DNA of 64,000 bases from Thermoproteota archaeon (GCA_026986575.1 JALSOH010000009.1:128001-192000), one strand, 5' to 3'; counted from the first letter of the stretch, positions 9,232 to 18,847 are shown. Made by a program: numbers and translations. Notes: generated by a model from the sequence alone, not told the origin.

Positions 9232-9368
9232 AGTATCATATTCTACTAATATAAAAGGACATCTAGTAATTAGCGATCGACCGCGCGACGTTTTCCCCGT
9301 TCTGAATCGGGTATGTTCCGACTTGGCTTGGTCGCGCATCCTCTTTAAGGACGTGGTGCCTGACTTCG

Positions 9369-9737
9369 ATGATGGAACTGGAACTAGTGCTGGAGAGACT
9401 AAAGTCCCATGAGAAGGTACTGGCAGTCATACTCTTCGGTTCCACCGTCAGGGGAGAGACCACACCCCTCTCGGATGTTGATATTGCCGTGGTCGTGGAG
9501 GATCCAACCCCGGAGGACGAGGCGGAGCTGGGAAGCCTATACTCTAGGAGGATAGACTTGGTTCTGTTTCACAGGCTCCCCCCTTACATCCAGTTCCAAG
9601 TATTGAAGGAGGGGAAGGTCCTCTACCTGAGAGACAAGGAGAAGTTCAAAGAGATAAAATTCAGGACCATCAGGAACTACCTCGAGCATTCCCGCATGTA
9701 CAGAAGGGTGAGGGAGATGCTCCTTGAGGTCGAATAG
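9369..9737 (+). CDS. MNT nucleotidyltransferase antitoxin
   Basis: LFGSTVRGETTPLSDVDIAV. Confidence 0.9.
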   Translation: MMELELVLERLKSHEKVLAVILFGSTVRGETTPLSDVDIAVVVEDPTPEDEAELGSLYSRRIDLVLFHRLPPYIQFQVLKEGKVLYLRDKEKFKEIKFRTIRNYLEHSRMYRRVREMLLEVE

Positions 9738-10113
9738 CTTGGCTAGATTCATGAGTCACTACAGAAAGGCGAGAGAGTTAAAGGAGAGCGATCTCTCAAA
9801 TTACTTGGTCTACACGGCCCTAGCCATGGAGTGCTTCCAGGCAGTGAACTCCCTCATAGAGATTGGCGAGAGATACGTGGTGGATCTGGGCAGGTACCCC
9901 GCTACCTACTCCGACATATTCCAGATAATGTACGAAGAGGGAGCGATAACTATGGAGGAGCTGAGGGCTCTCAAGAGGCTGATCTTCCTCAGGAACTTGA
10001 TAGCTCACGAGTATTACAGAATAACTGGGGAAGAGCTGAAAGAGATGGCCGACCTGCTGGATATGGCTGAAAGGGTCGTGAGGAGATTAATGAAACATTC
10101 GCATCCTAGTTGA
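9724..10113 (+). CDS. HepT-like (DUF86) HEPN toxin
   Basis: RNLIAHEY matches Rx4HxY; P.TY.DIF; overlaps the MNT gene. Confidence 0.9.
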   Translation: MRSNSLARFMSHYRKARELKESDLSNYLVYTALAMECFQAVNSLIEIGERYVVDLGRYPATYSDIFQIMYEEGAITMEELRALKRLIFLRNLIAHEYYRITGEELKEMADLLDMAERVVRRLMKHSHPS

Positions 10114-10207
10114 GGCGTAAATCCCTCCTCGCTCATTTAGATCGCGAAAGGCAGCTACTCCGATGAGTAAAAGCACCTACAGCCTGCACTATCAATAATA
10201 TGCTCTC

Positions 10208-10984
10208 CTAGACCAGCACGAGCTTAGATCCCCTATAACCTGCGAGGTCTAGGGTGACTGCGTGGAAACCCATAGATGAGGCCATCTCCAAGATCTCATC
10301 CCGAATCTCCAGAATCCTGTACATGTCGGGGGGAGGGACCTCTATCCTCACCTCACTCCCCTGGACGCGGGCCCTCACCATCGAGACGCCCGTTCGGAGG
10401 ATTAAGTCCTCCAAGTTTTCGATCTTCTTCAATAGATCGAGACTAACCTTTCTTCCCGGCGGCATTCTGGTTAGCAAGCAGGTTTCGGCCAAGTAGGGGA
10501 GATCAAGGTCCCTCAGCAGTGAGAATACCTCTCCTTCCGTAATTCCTGCCTCTACAAGCGGACTCCTGATCCCCAACTCTTTCAGAGCCCTTAAGCCTGG
10601 CCTGTCCTCCCTCAAATCGCTGACATTGGTCCCATCTAGCACCGCGTCGCACCCTTCCCGCTCAGCCACATCCAAGATCAGGGACATCATCCTCAACTTG
10701 CAGAAGTAGCATCTGAGGGGGCCATTCCTCGATATTTCATCCTCTTTCATTACCTCCTTATCCCTGATGATGATGTGATCCACTCCAAGGAGTCTGGCCA
10801 CCCCTTCGCTGGCAGCGATGACCCTCCTAGGTATGTAGGGGAAGTCGACTGTCACGGCCTTTACCTTATCCACGCCAGCTTGTTCGAGCGCCCAGAGTAG
10901 GAACGTGCTGTCCCTACCTCCAGAGAATGCTATAGCTGGGCACCTGTAGCCCTTCAAGGCACGAATCAACTTCTCGAGGCTCAC
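10208..10984 (-). CDS. larE: ATP-dependent sulfur transferase LarE (nickel-pincer cofactor biosynthesis)
   Basis: PP-loop AFSGGRDS, RCYFCK, DGTN.SD...RPG, CLLTR and DLAGYRG. Confidence 0.9.
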   Translation of the reverse strand: MSLEKLIRALKGYRCPAIAFSGGRDSTFLLWALEQAGVDKVKAVTVDFPYIPRRVIAASEGVARLLGVDHIIIRDKEVMKEDEISRNGPLRCYFCKLRMMSLILDVAEREGCDAVLDGTNVSDLREDRPGLRALKELGIRSPLVEAGITEGEVFSLLRDLDLPYLAETCLLTRMPPGRKVSLDLLKKIENLEDLILRTGVSMVRARVQGSEVRIEVPPPDMYRILEIRDEILEMASSMGFHAVTLDLAGYRGSKLVLV

Positions 10985-11109
10985 TGGGCTTGAAACCGAT
11001 TGAACTTAAAAGCGGTTAGCTCGTTTAGCGTAACAGAAGCGGCAACTATGGGGATGGGAAATTAGATATAAGGTGGAGGAGCTTAGAGAATTAATGCGTG
11101 GATTCGAAT

Positions 11110-12159
11110 TCATTTCCTCCTTCCTTTTATCCCCCTTATCTCCTCCAGCAGCTGTATTAGCGCAGGAACGACCTCCCTGTAATCTCCTACTATACCGTAA
11201 TCCGCATGCTCGAATATGGGAGCATCGGGGTCTATGTTTATGGCCACGACTCTCTTCGCCTCCCTTATCCCGAACACATGCTGAGCTGCTCCGCTTATAG
11301 CGACTGCTATATATAGGTTCGGTTTAACTGCTTTCCCCGTCTGTCCCACCTGCTTGTCGTGGTCTATCCATCCAGCGTCAACGGCCTTCCTAGAGCCAGC
11401 TATAACGCCGCCGAGGAGATCAGCCAGCCTCTTCAATAACTCAAATCCCTCCTTGGAACCGACCCCCTTACCCCCAGCAACTATGATGTCGGCCTTCTCG
11501 ATGGGGATCTCCTCCTTCTTCAGGATGGGCTCCCTGCTCAGCAGTCTGATTCCCCTTGGTTGGGGTACCTCAACCTTCTCCTCGTATATCTCACCATGCC
11601 TGCTCTCGTCCCTCTCTGGGGTGGGGAATATATTGGGCCTCACCGATCCCATCACTGGCCTCCTGCTCCTAGTGACTATATGGGCGAGCATGAAACCGCC
11701 GAAGGGCGGCCTTATCAGCACCACGTCACCATTCTCATCGACATCCATGGAAGTCAGGTCCGCCGTTATTCCCGTCCTGAAAGAGTTCGCCACATACGGC
11801 GCTAGCTCCCTGCCCCTCAGCGTTGCCGGGATAAGGAACACCTCTGGCTTGTACTTCGAGGCCAGCTCGAATAGCACTTTCCCCCACACGGTCGGGTAGT
11901 ATGTAGAAAGCCTCTCGTCATCCACGACGTAAACCCTGTCCGCCCCGTAGTAGATGGGTTCCTCAGCCAGTCCTCTCACCCCACTACCTATCAGGGCCAC
12001 GCCCACATAGGTGTTCAGCTTGTCCGCTAGCTCTCTGGCAGCACCAATCAGCTGCAGGCTAGCTTCCTCTATCTCCTTCCTCTCGTTGTCTGAGAAGGCT
12101 GCTACCCAAACGCCCTCGTACTCCTCTAGGTTTATCTCGGGCCACTCCTTGCAGACCAT
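11110..12159 (-). CDS. fixB: electron transfer flavoprotein alpha subunit FixB
   Basis: TGITAD, RPPFGG, QVGQTGKAVKP, ISGAAQH and AINIDPDAPIF. Confidence 0.95.
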   Translation of the reverse strand: MVCKEWPEINLEEYEGVWVAAFSDNERKEIEEASLQLIGAARELADKLNTYVGVALIGSGVRGLAEEPIYYGADRVYVVDDERLSTYYPTVWGKVLFELASKYKPEVFLIPATLRGRELAPYVANSFRTGITADLTSMDVDENGDVVLIRPPFGGFMLAHIVTRSRRPVMGSVRPNIFPTPERDESRHGEIYEEKVEVPQPRGIRLLSREPILKKEEIPIEKADIIVAGGKGVGSKEGFELLKRLADLLGGVIAGSRKAVDAGWIDHDKQVGQTGKAVKPNLYIAVAISGAAQHVFGIREAKRVVAINIDPDAPIFEHADYGIVGDYREVVPALIQLLEEIRGIKGRRK

Positions 12160-12163
12160 CTCA

Positions 12164-12970
12164 TCACCCCAGCTCCAGCAGCCCCTCCCCTCTCAGCTTC
12201 TCCAGCAACCACTTCGCGGCCTCTCTTGCATCTCCCCTGAAGATCTCGTTCTTCCTTGGAACCTTAGGGACCATCTCAATCTTAGACAGTGCCGTTGGGG
12301 ATCCTCTCAGCCCGATGCACTCGGGATCGAGGCCGAGCAGCTTGTTGCTCCACGTTTTCACGGGATTCTCGAGCTTCACCCTTAGCTTATTGGACACTTT
12401 CACCCTCCTCGGATTCAGGGAATGCATGGCGACGGATATTAGGGCTGGTAGGTCCAGCTCATAGGTCTCATGGGCGTTCTCTAGGCTCCTCCTTACCACG
12501 AGCTTCCCGCCCCTGAGCTCGGCGTGGGTCACGTAGTAGACATAGGGGAGGTCCAGCCACGATGCGACCTGAGCCCCGACGTGGGCAGTCGAGGAGTCTA
12601 TGGTCTCCTGACCGAAGATTATCAGGTCGTAGTCCAGCCTATCTATCACCTTAGCAAGTACGTAGGAGGTAGCCAAGGTGTCGGCGCCAGCGAAGGCCCG
12701 ATCCGACACGAGGATCGCCTTGTCGGCCCCCATCCCCAGAACATGCTCAAGTCCAGCGATGGCGGAGGGAGGGGACATGGTAATCACGGTCACCTTCCCG
12801 CCGTACTCGTCCTTCAGGCGGAGAGCCATCTCAACGGCCTCGAGATCGTGGGGATTCACCACGCTCGGTATGCCCTCCCTTATGAGAGTGCCTGTTTTGG
12901 GGTCTATGTTTACAGATGTGGTGTTTGGAACCCACTTTATGCCCACAACCATCTTCAGCATGCCCATCAC
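12164..12970 (-). CDS. fixA: electron transfer flavoprotein beta subunit FixA
   Basis: KWVPNT, NPHD, DRAFAGADTLATS and GLRGSPT. Confidence 0.95.
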   Translation of the reverse strand: MMGMLKMVVGIKWVPNTTSVNIDPKTGTLIREGIPSVVNPHDLEAVEMALRLKDEYGGKVTVITMSPPSAIAGLEHVLGMGADKAILVSDRAFAGADTLATSYVLAKVIDRLDYDLIIFGQETIDSSTAHVGAQVASWLDLPYVYYVTHAELRGGKLVVRRSLENAHETYELDLPALISVAMHSLNPRRVKVSNKLRVKLENPVKTWSNKLLGLDPECIGLRGSPTALSKIEMVPKVPRKNEIFRGDAREAAKWLLEKLRGEGLLELG

Positions 12971-12979
12971 CTCCTCAAC

Positions 12980-13264
12980 TCAACTGAACCTGAAGTGGAT
13001 CCCCCTCCCGCTGACCGGGTAGTCCCAGTGGACCGCGTCGTGAGGGCAGATCAGCCTGCATGTTCCACATTCGAGGCAACCCTCGTAGCTGAAAAGCACC
13101 TCATTCCCGACTAGTGTGTAGCACTGGGCCGGGCAGAGAAGGAGACAAGGCTTCTCATCGCATTCTCTGCACTTGGTCGCGTCCACCCTTATGTGAGGCT
13201 CGTAGTCCACATCCCACACGTCGTTGTTCAGGATGTCGTCGACCCTCATGGGCTTCCTCATCAT
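12980..13264 (-). CDS. fixX: ferredoxin-like protein FixX
   Basis: CPAQCY...GCLECGTCRLICP..W.YP..GRGI.FRF. Confidence 0.95.
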   Translation of the reverse strand: MMRKPMRVDDILNNDVWDVDYEPHIRVDATKCRECDEKPCLLLCPAQCYTLVGNEVLFSYEGCLECGTCRLICPHDAVHWDYPVSGRGIHFRFS

Positions 13265-14559
13265 ATGCTCCTCACCATCCCCAGCAGATCCCTTATCAGA
13301 TCAAGCCAGCCTATCCTTCCTTTTCTAGCCCTCTTGAATGCCTCCATTATCTTGGGAACTTCGTAGGGTGAGTGGAAGAGCTGGTCCATAACCGAGTTCA
13401 ATACCTCGGGGTAGGTGGAGTAGAGCCTGCCGTTTTCCCTCATTTTAGAGGCGTTTCTGAACTTCCTCAGCTGCTTCATGATGAAGCTTTCCTCCAGCAA
13501 CCTCTCATACACGGACAGGTTCTCTGAGGTCATGCCTCCCATCTCATGGGCCTTCTCCACGGCTTTCGCTGCTAGATAACCCGAGTAGGCCGCGTAGTCC
13601 ACGCCCCTGAAGTTGTACCCCAAATTTAAGAGCAGACCAGCCGCATCTCCTGCAACGAGGAGGCCATCGGCGTAGAGCCTGTGGGGGAGGGAGGGCCAAG
13701 TGTATTCGGGCACGAGGTGAGCCGAGTATTCCATTATCCTGCCGTTCCGGAAGTACCTCTCGAGGAGGGGGTGTAACCTCAAAGCCTCCACGTAGCGGGA
13801 GATGTGCTCCCTCACCCCCTTAACCGCCTCGCCAAGCATGACCACGAGGCCCAAGCTGACGGAGTCCCTGTTCGTGTATAGGAAGGCCCCTCCTGGCAGC
13901 CCCCCAGTGACCTCACCCATCATGAGCCATGCCAACCCTTCACCCTCCTCAAGACCGAACAGATCCTCTATTTCCTTCTTCGAGAGCTTTATCACCTCCT
14001 TGACTCCCAAGCCAGCATGCCTCAGCTCGAGCTTGGGAACCAGCCCTGCCCTTTCCAGCAGGAGCCTGTTTATCCCCTCCGCATCTATCACCACTTCGCT
14101 GGAGACCTTCTCATCACCCACCCTTATGCCCGTCACTCTCCCATTCTCCACCACCAGCTCGTCCACAGTTATCTCCGTGAGCACCGTTCCACCAGCCTCC
14201 TCCACCCTCTTGGCCATCCAGCAGGACAGCTCGGTCAGGTAGGTGGTGAAGGATGTCTTCTTTCTCGTGTGGAATTCGAAGGAGGTCATCGCCTCACCGC
14301 TGACCATCGATATCCTCTCCTTGGTCACCCATCTGTGGATCGGAGCCGAATCATCGAATCCGTCGAACACATCTCTGAGCGGATCAGCGTAGACCCTACC
14401 ACCGAAAACGTTCTTGGTGCCCGGCATCCTGCCTCTTTCCACTAGTAGGACCTTAAATCCCTTCTTAGCTAGGGTATATGCAGCAGCTGAGCCCGCTGGC
14501 CCTGCTCCTACGACTATAACGTCGAATTTGTAACCAACCTCTTTCAAGCTTGAAAACAC
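13261..14559 (-). CDS. fixC: FAD-dependent oxidoreductase FixC (ETF:quinone oxidoreductase-like)
   Basis: GAGPAG, KNVFGG, GGAFLYTN, EYSAHLVPE and GDAAG. Confidence 0.95.
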   Translation of the reverse strand: MFSSLKEVGYKFDVIVVGAGPAGSAAAYTLAKKGFKVLLVERGRMPGTKNVFGGRVYADPLRDVFDGFDDSAPIHRWVTKERISMVSGEAMTSFEFHTRKKTSFTTYLTELSCWMAKRVEEAGGTVLTEITVDELVVENGRVTGIRVGDEKVSSEVVIDAEGINRLLLERAGLVPKLELRHAGLGVKEVIKLSKKEIEDLFGLEEGEGLAWLMMGEVTGGLPGGAFLYTNRDSVSLGLVVMLGEAVKGVREHISRYVEALRLHPLLERYFRNGRIMEYSAHLVPEYTWPSLPHRLYADGLLVAGDAAGLLLNLGYNFRGVDYAAYSGYLAAKAVEKAHEMGGMTSENLSVYERLLEESFIMKQLRKFRNASKMRENGRLYSTYPEVLNSVMDQLFHSPYEVPKIMEAFKRARKGRIGWLDLIRDLLGMVRSI

Positions 14560-14805
14560 CCTCCAGGTGCCTTTTCAATCTATCGAAATCTAATAAACTT
14601 TTGTGGGGCTGAATGGGACCCCTGAGCCCCATTCAATTTGAGATAGGGCATTTTCAAACCGAATCAATGAGCCAAGAATATTGAACATCTCGAGGCAGGA
14701 AGGGGCAGGAGGGGTACGATACGCTAACTTAGGGATCCCCCCTCACATCTCAGGCGAGGAGCTAACATACCTGAAGTTTAAATCGGATGGGGGGACCTCT
14801 TCTGG

Positions 14806-15564
14806 ATGCAACTTCGCACAATCCTCGAGAGACTCGTTCGTGGTGAGATAGGCGTAGAGGAGGCGGAGAAGCTCATCCGGTCTTGGGAGGTAAGGCAACT
14901 CGGGGAGACCCTGAAACTTGACCTGGGGAGAGAGATGAGGAAGGGGTTACCTGAGGTGATCTTGGCCCAATGGAAGGGAGGGGAGGATCTCAGGAAGGCG
15001 ATAGTCGGAGCGCTGGAGGCGAGGGGTAGGGCCCTAATATCTAGGATATCCGAGGAGCATATTCCGATAATAGAGGAGTTCGAGCGGGAATACCATGTTA
15101 GGAAGAGCCCCAACTCGAGGGTCTACGTAATCAGGAGACGGGATCTCCCGGCACCTCCGCTTAAGGGGAAGGTGGGTATAATAGCGGCGGGCACGTCAGA
15201 TGTTCCCATTGCCGAGGAGGTCAGGTTGCTGGTGGAGGAGGCCGGATGCTCCACGGTGAGGGCGTACGACGCGGGGGTGGCGAACCTCAAGAGGACCTTG
15301 GAAGCGGTTACCGATGTGATGGAGGGGGGAGCTGACGTCATTGTCGCCATAGCCGGAATGGAGGGCTCACTCCCCTCGGTCGTGGCCTCCTTAGTGGATA
15401 TCTTGGTGATCGGGCTGCCCACCTCGGTCGGGTACGGGATGGGGGGCGGAGGAGAAGCGGCTCTGCTCTCTATGCTCCAGTCCTGCGCGCCCGGGCTGGT
15501 GGTGGTTAACATAGACAACAGCGTCGCGGCGGCCTACGCAGCCGTTTCCGTGTGCGGGAGGTGA
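14806..15564 (+). CDS. larB: nickel-pincer cofactor biosynthesis protein LarB
   Basis: R..RKGLPEVI, AGTSDVPIAEE, AGMEGSLPSVV, PTSVGYG and SCAPG..VVNIDN. Confidence 0.95.
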   Translation: MQLRTILERLVRGEIGVEEAEKLIRSWEVRQLGETLKLDLGREMRKGLPEVILAQWKGGEDLRKAIVGALEARGRALISRISEEHIPIIEEFEREYHVRKSPNSRVYVIRRRDLPAPPLKGKVGIIAAGTSDVPIAEEVRLLVEEAGCSTVRAYDAGVANLKRTLEAVTDVMEGGADVIVAIAGMEGSLPSVVASLVDILVIGLPTSVGYGMGGGGEAALLSMLQSCAPGLVVVNIDNSVAAAYAAVSVCGR

Positions 15565-15568
15565 TGAT

Positions 15569-16798
15569 ATGCTCGTCATAGACCCTAGGATGGCGGGGAT
15601 ATCGGGGGACATGCTTCTCTCCGCCTTAGTGGACCTCACGGGAATGGAGGAAGCGGTGCAAGAGGTGGCAGATGTCGTTTCCTCAACGCTGGATTACGTG
15701 GACAGGATCGGGGTAGAGTTCAGGGACGTCAGGAGGGGCGACCTCAGGGGGAGAAGGATGATCGTCACCTTGGAGGAAAGGGTCGAGAGACTCTGGGCCT
15801 CCGACGCTCTGAGATATGCCGCTGAGATGTGCAGGAACTTGGGCTTGGGCGAGAGGGCATCCACCCTCGTGAGGACCGTCATTAGCGAGTTAGCGAGAGC
15901 CGAGGTCTCAGCCCACGGTTACGAGCCTGAGAAGGCACACTTCCACGAGCTCGGCTCGGCTGACACCTTCTTGGACGTGTTGGGGGTGGCCAGCGTCCTT
16001 CAGAGATCGGGGCTAATAGATGAGCTGGTGTATACCACCCCCCCAGCCTTGGGCGGCGGTTACGTGGAGATCTCCCACGGCTACTTGCCGGTGCCGACTC
16101 CCGCAGTCTTGGAGATACTGAGGAGGCACAACTATAGGATATCATCGGTCCCCATTGAAGCGGAACTCACCACCCCTACGGGAGCTGCCCTCCTCGTAAA
16201 CCTAGCTTCTAGGATCGTAGATACCCTGCCACCCATGAGGATCGAGGGAGTTGGGGTTGGAGCTGGAGAGAGGGAGCTGGACAGGGTGCCGAACCTCCTT
16301 AGGGTGATCAGAGGATCGGGGAGCGGGAGCAGGGAAGTGAAGATGGAGGTAGTTACTCTCTTGGAGACGAACGTGGATGACGTCCCTGGAGAGGTGCTAG
16401 GTCACGTGGTCGATGAGCTAATGAAGCAGGGAGCCCTGGACGTATCTGTGCTCCCGGCTACGGGAAAGAAGGGGAGACCTGCGTACCTAATCAGGGTGCT
16501 CTCCAATCCTCGGGCGGCTGAGGAGCTGGCCATCCTGCTGATGAGGGAGACCGGCACCCTAGGCGTGAGATTGATGGATGTCCCGAGGATGGTGGCGGAG
16601 AGGGATGTGAGGACCATCAGGCTGGAGTTGCTTGGGAGGAGCTACGAGGTAAGGGTGAAGGTATCGAGCATAGGAGGGAAGGTGGTCAATGTGAAGCCAG
16701 AACACGACGATCTTGCGAAGATCTCTAGGGAAACAGGGATCCCTTTAAGGAGACTTGATGACCTCGTGAGGACGCGTCTCGCTGAACCCCTCGACTAG
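15569..16798 (+). CDS. larC: nickel insertion protein LarC (single uninterrupted ORF)
   Basis: GISGDMLL, HFHELG..D, ELTTPTGAA, ETNVDD, KKGRP, ETGTLG.R and KPE.DD. Confidence 0.95.
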   Translation: MLVIDPRMAGISGDMLLSALVDLTGMEEAVQEVADVVSSTLDYVDRIGVEFRDVRRGDLRGRRMIVTLEERVERLWASDALRYAAEMCRNLGLGERASTLVRTVISELARAEVSAHGYEPEKAHFHELGSADTFLDVLGVASVLQRSGLIDELVYTTPPALGGGYVEISHGYLPVPTPAVLEILRRHNYRISSVPIEAELTTPTGAALLVNLASRIVDTLPPMRIEGVGVGAGERELDRVPNLLRVIRGSGSGSREVKMEVVTLLETNVDDVPGEVLGHVVDELMKQGALDVSVLPATGKKGRPAYLIRVLSNPRAAEELAILLMRETGTLGVRLMDVPRMVAERDVRTIRLELLGRSYEVRVKVSSIGGKVVNVKPEHDDLAKISRETGIPLRRLDDLVRTRLAEPLD

Positions 16799-16845
16799 AG
16801 TGCTGGTTACATCATTAAATGGGAGTAACAGATCTGTCGCCCTAG

Positions 16846-17340
16846 GTGAATGATGAATCTCTCGATATCAGGGAGAGGTTCCTCTCATCGGGAAGGGCGG
16901 TCTTCAAAATGGTCCAGCTATCCAACATCCTCAGGATATCCCGGGATCACGTCAAGATGTACGCTAGTAGACTGAAACCTTGGCAGGAAGATAAGAGGTA
17001 CGTTCAAGCATTGGTGTTCTACGCGTTGAGCGGGTGGCCTATCATCATGAACGGAGGAACTTATCTCTGGTTCTTCCATGGGCCAAACAAATTCTACGAT
17101 GATCTCGACTTCGCCCGGACATGAGTTTTGAAGGAGGACCCGAGGATGTGAGTGTCACTTGAGCTCTTCGGACTGAGAAATAGCATGAAGGTACTGAGGG
17201 AAGATAAAATACGCACTCACGTTCAGAGTAGATGCGTGAAGATCACTCTCGACGTCTGAGAAGGATCTCTGCCGTGTTCATGTGGATATAAGCAGGAGCG
17301 AGAGGGTCCTCCTGAAGCCGATACCCATCAAATTGGATGA
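16846..17340 (+). pseudogene. deletion-fused, decayed type IV TA remnant (AbiEi-like N-terminus joined to AbiEii-like nucleotidyltransferase)
   Basis: AVFKMVQLSNIL..YASRL joins directly to PWQEDKRYVQ..GGTYLWFFHG.NKFYDDLDF; plausible reading continues past stops and frameshifts (SLELFGL..., VDISRSERVLLKP). Confidence 0.7.
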
Positions 17341-17397
17341 GCCCGCGCGCCCTCGCCCAGGGACGCGGGATTATTAACTATCTTACCTCCGATAGAA

Positions 17398-17838
17398 TTG
17401 ATGGGTTCGCACAAGCACGAGGAGGGTAGGAGAGGAGAGAGCTCAGTAAGGTTCGGGGTGTCAGTGCCAGCCGACTTGCTCAGGGAGTTCGACGAGGTGA
17501 TCTCCAAGATAGGAATGAAGCGTTCCAAGGCAATTAGGTTGGCAATGAGGAACTTCCTATCCGAGAGGAACTGGGAGTGTCAGGATAAGGAGGTCGTGGG
17601 AACGATAAACCTCCTCTACGACCACGAGGTCAGGGGGCTGGAAGAGTTCCTGACGGAGGTGCAGCATGAGTTCTTGGACGTGGTGCTATTCAACACCCAC
17701 ATACACTTGGACAGGGAAAACTGCCTCATGGTCATAGTGATCAGGGGGAATCCCTCCCGGATCAGGAGGATGATCGAGAAGATATCTTCGAGGAGGGGCA
17801 TCAAGCAAGTGAGGACTCTCATAAGCAGCATGAGCTGA
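17398..17838 (+). CDS. nikR: nickel-responsive transcriptional regulator NikR
   Basis: RHH RFGVSVP..LL..FD...RSKAIR; Ni site YDH, QH, THIHLD..C. Confidence 0.95.
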   Translation: MMGSHKHEEGRRGESSVRFGVSVPADLLREFDEVISKIGMKRSKAIRLAMRNFLSERNWECQDKEVVGTINLLYDHEVRGLEEFLTEVQHEFLDVVLFNTHIHLDRENCLMVIVIRGNPSRIRRMIEKISSRRGIKQVRTLISSMS

Positions 17839-17870
17839 ATTATTTGATCCCAGATCCAGCTCAGTTCGGC

Positions 17871-18293
17871 CTAGCCAAGCCTAACTCGCCCCGTGTGCCC
17901 CAATGCCGAGAGAATCCCACGCAAGAGTTCTCGCACATCAGAGAACTCAAGCAAAATCAAGTCAGGGTTACCAGATATCAGCTTGGACACCTTAGTCCCC
18001 CTCCGGTAGAACGCTATTACCTCTTTCCCCCTCCTTAAGGCCTCACATATCTCGTACCCGACTCCCAAACTCGGATGCGTCACATCGGCCAGCAGGATAT
18101 CCGCCTCTCCCAACATCTTCATGTCGCGCTCGAAAACGTAGGAATCATCAGCTGTTTCGTCGGGAGATCCTGGGAGGTAAATCTCCTCGTTGACCACATC
18201 GTGCCCTTCATCCTTCAGGATGGAGATCACCTCTCTAGCTAATTCGAGATCACTCCCGGCGCCCCTTATGGATGTGGCGAAGTACACTCTCAT
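17871..18293 (-). CDS. nucleoside 2-deoxyribosyltransferase/Rcl-like N-glycosidase
   Basis: VYFATSIRG, FERD, PSLGVGYE and S.LI.G; start trimmed to ATG 18293. Confidence 0.85.
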   Translation of the reverse strand: MRVYFATSIRGAGSDLELAREVISILKDEGHDVVNEEIYLPGSPDETADDSYVFERDMKMLGEADILLADVTHPSLGVGYEICEALRRGKEVIAFYRRGTKVSKLISGNPDLILLEFSDVRELLRGILSALGHTGRVRLG

Positions 18294-18394
18294 CCCGTCG
18301 TCCTGTGGAGCGTAGATATATACGTTCGGGCCTCCTTCGGAGATGCCTTCGGAACGCCTAGAGAGTACGCTCATCACTCTTGGGCGAACTTATA

Positions 18395-18787
18395 GTCCAC
18401 CATCTCTTAGTACGAACTTAACCTCGGTTCCATCGATTCTAACCGTGTCCTCATGATCCCGAGTCAAGACTGGTTGATCCTGCATCCAAGATCATCGGCA
18501 GCCCTGATCAGAAATAACACCCTCAACTACTAGAATCTCCTTGGGGGAGAACGGAATATCCTGATAATTGTGTCCCCTCCTCAACTGAGTGGCTATCTTA
18601 CTGAGCAGCTTTGAGGAGGAGCCTGTTATGAATGGTAGGTATCTCATACCCTTACACTGGATGAAGCATGTCCTACCAGCCTTCTCAGGTCCAATCCAAT
18701 CATTTAGGTGACGAAGCTCTCGCTTGGACCGACCTTCTTACACCTATTTAGTAATACATCCCTTAAGCCTTCCTTTTTGAGGGGCAT
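18395..18787 (-). pseudogene. heavily decayed AAA_14/DUF4143-type ATP-binding protein remnant
   Basis: Minus strand reads ITGSSSKLLSKIATQLRRG..IPFSPKE (family ITGSSS.LLS.EIAT.LRGR..PFSF.E) plus a C-terminal-like LTRDHEDTVRIDGTEVKFV; stops and large deletions. Confidence 0.6.
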
Positions 18788-18847
18788 GGCTTCCTAGTGT
18801 TCCCCCTCGGGTTAAATGCAGTGAGGATTTCCCTGGGATAAACTGTG

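Noticed and set aside
15569-16798. larC programmed frameshift as in Lactobacillus larC1/C2
   Set aside because: The ORF is continuous here.
17122-17151. in-frame TGA codons as selenocysteine readthrough
   Set aside because: They are accompanied by frameshifts and motif erosion, consistent with a pseudogene.
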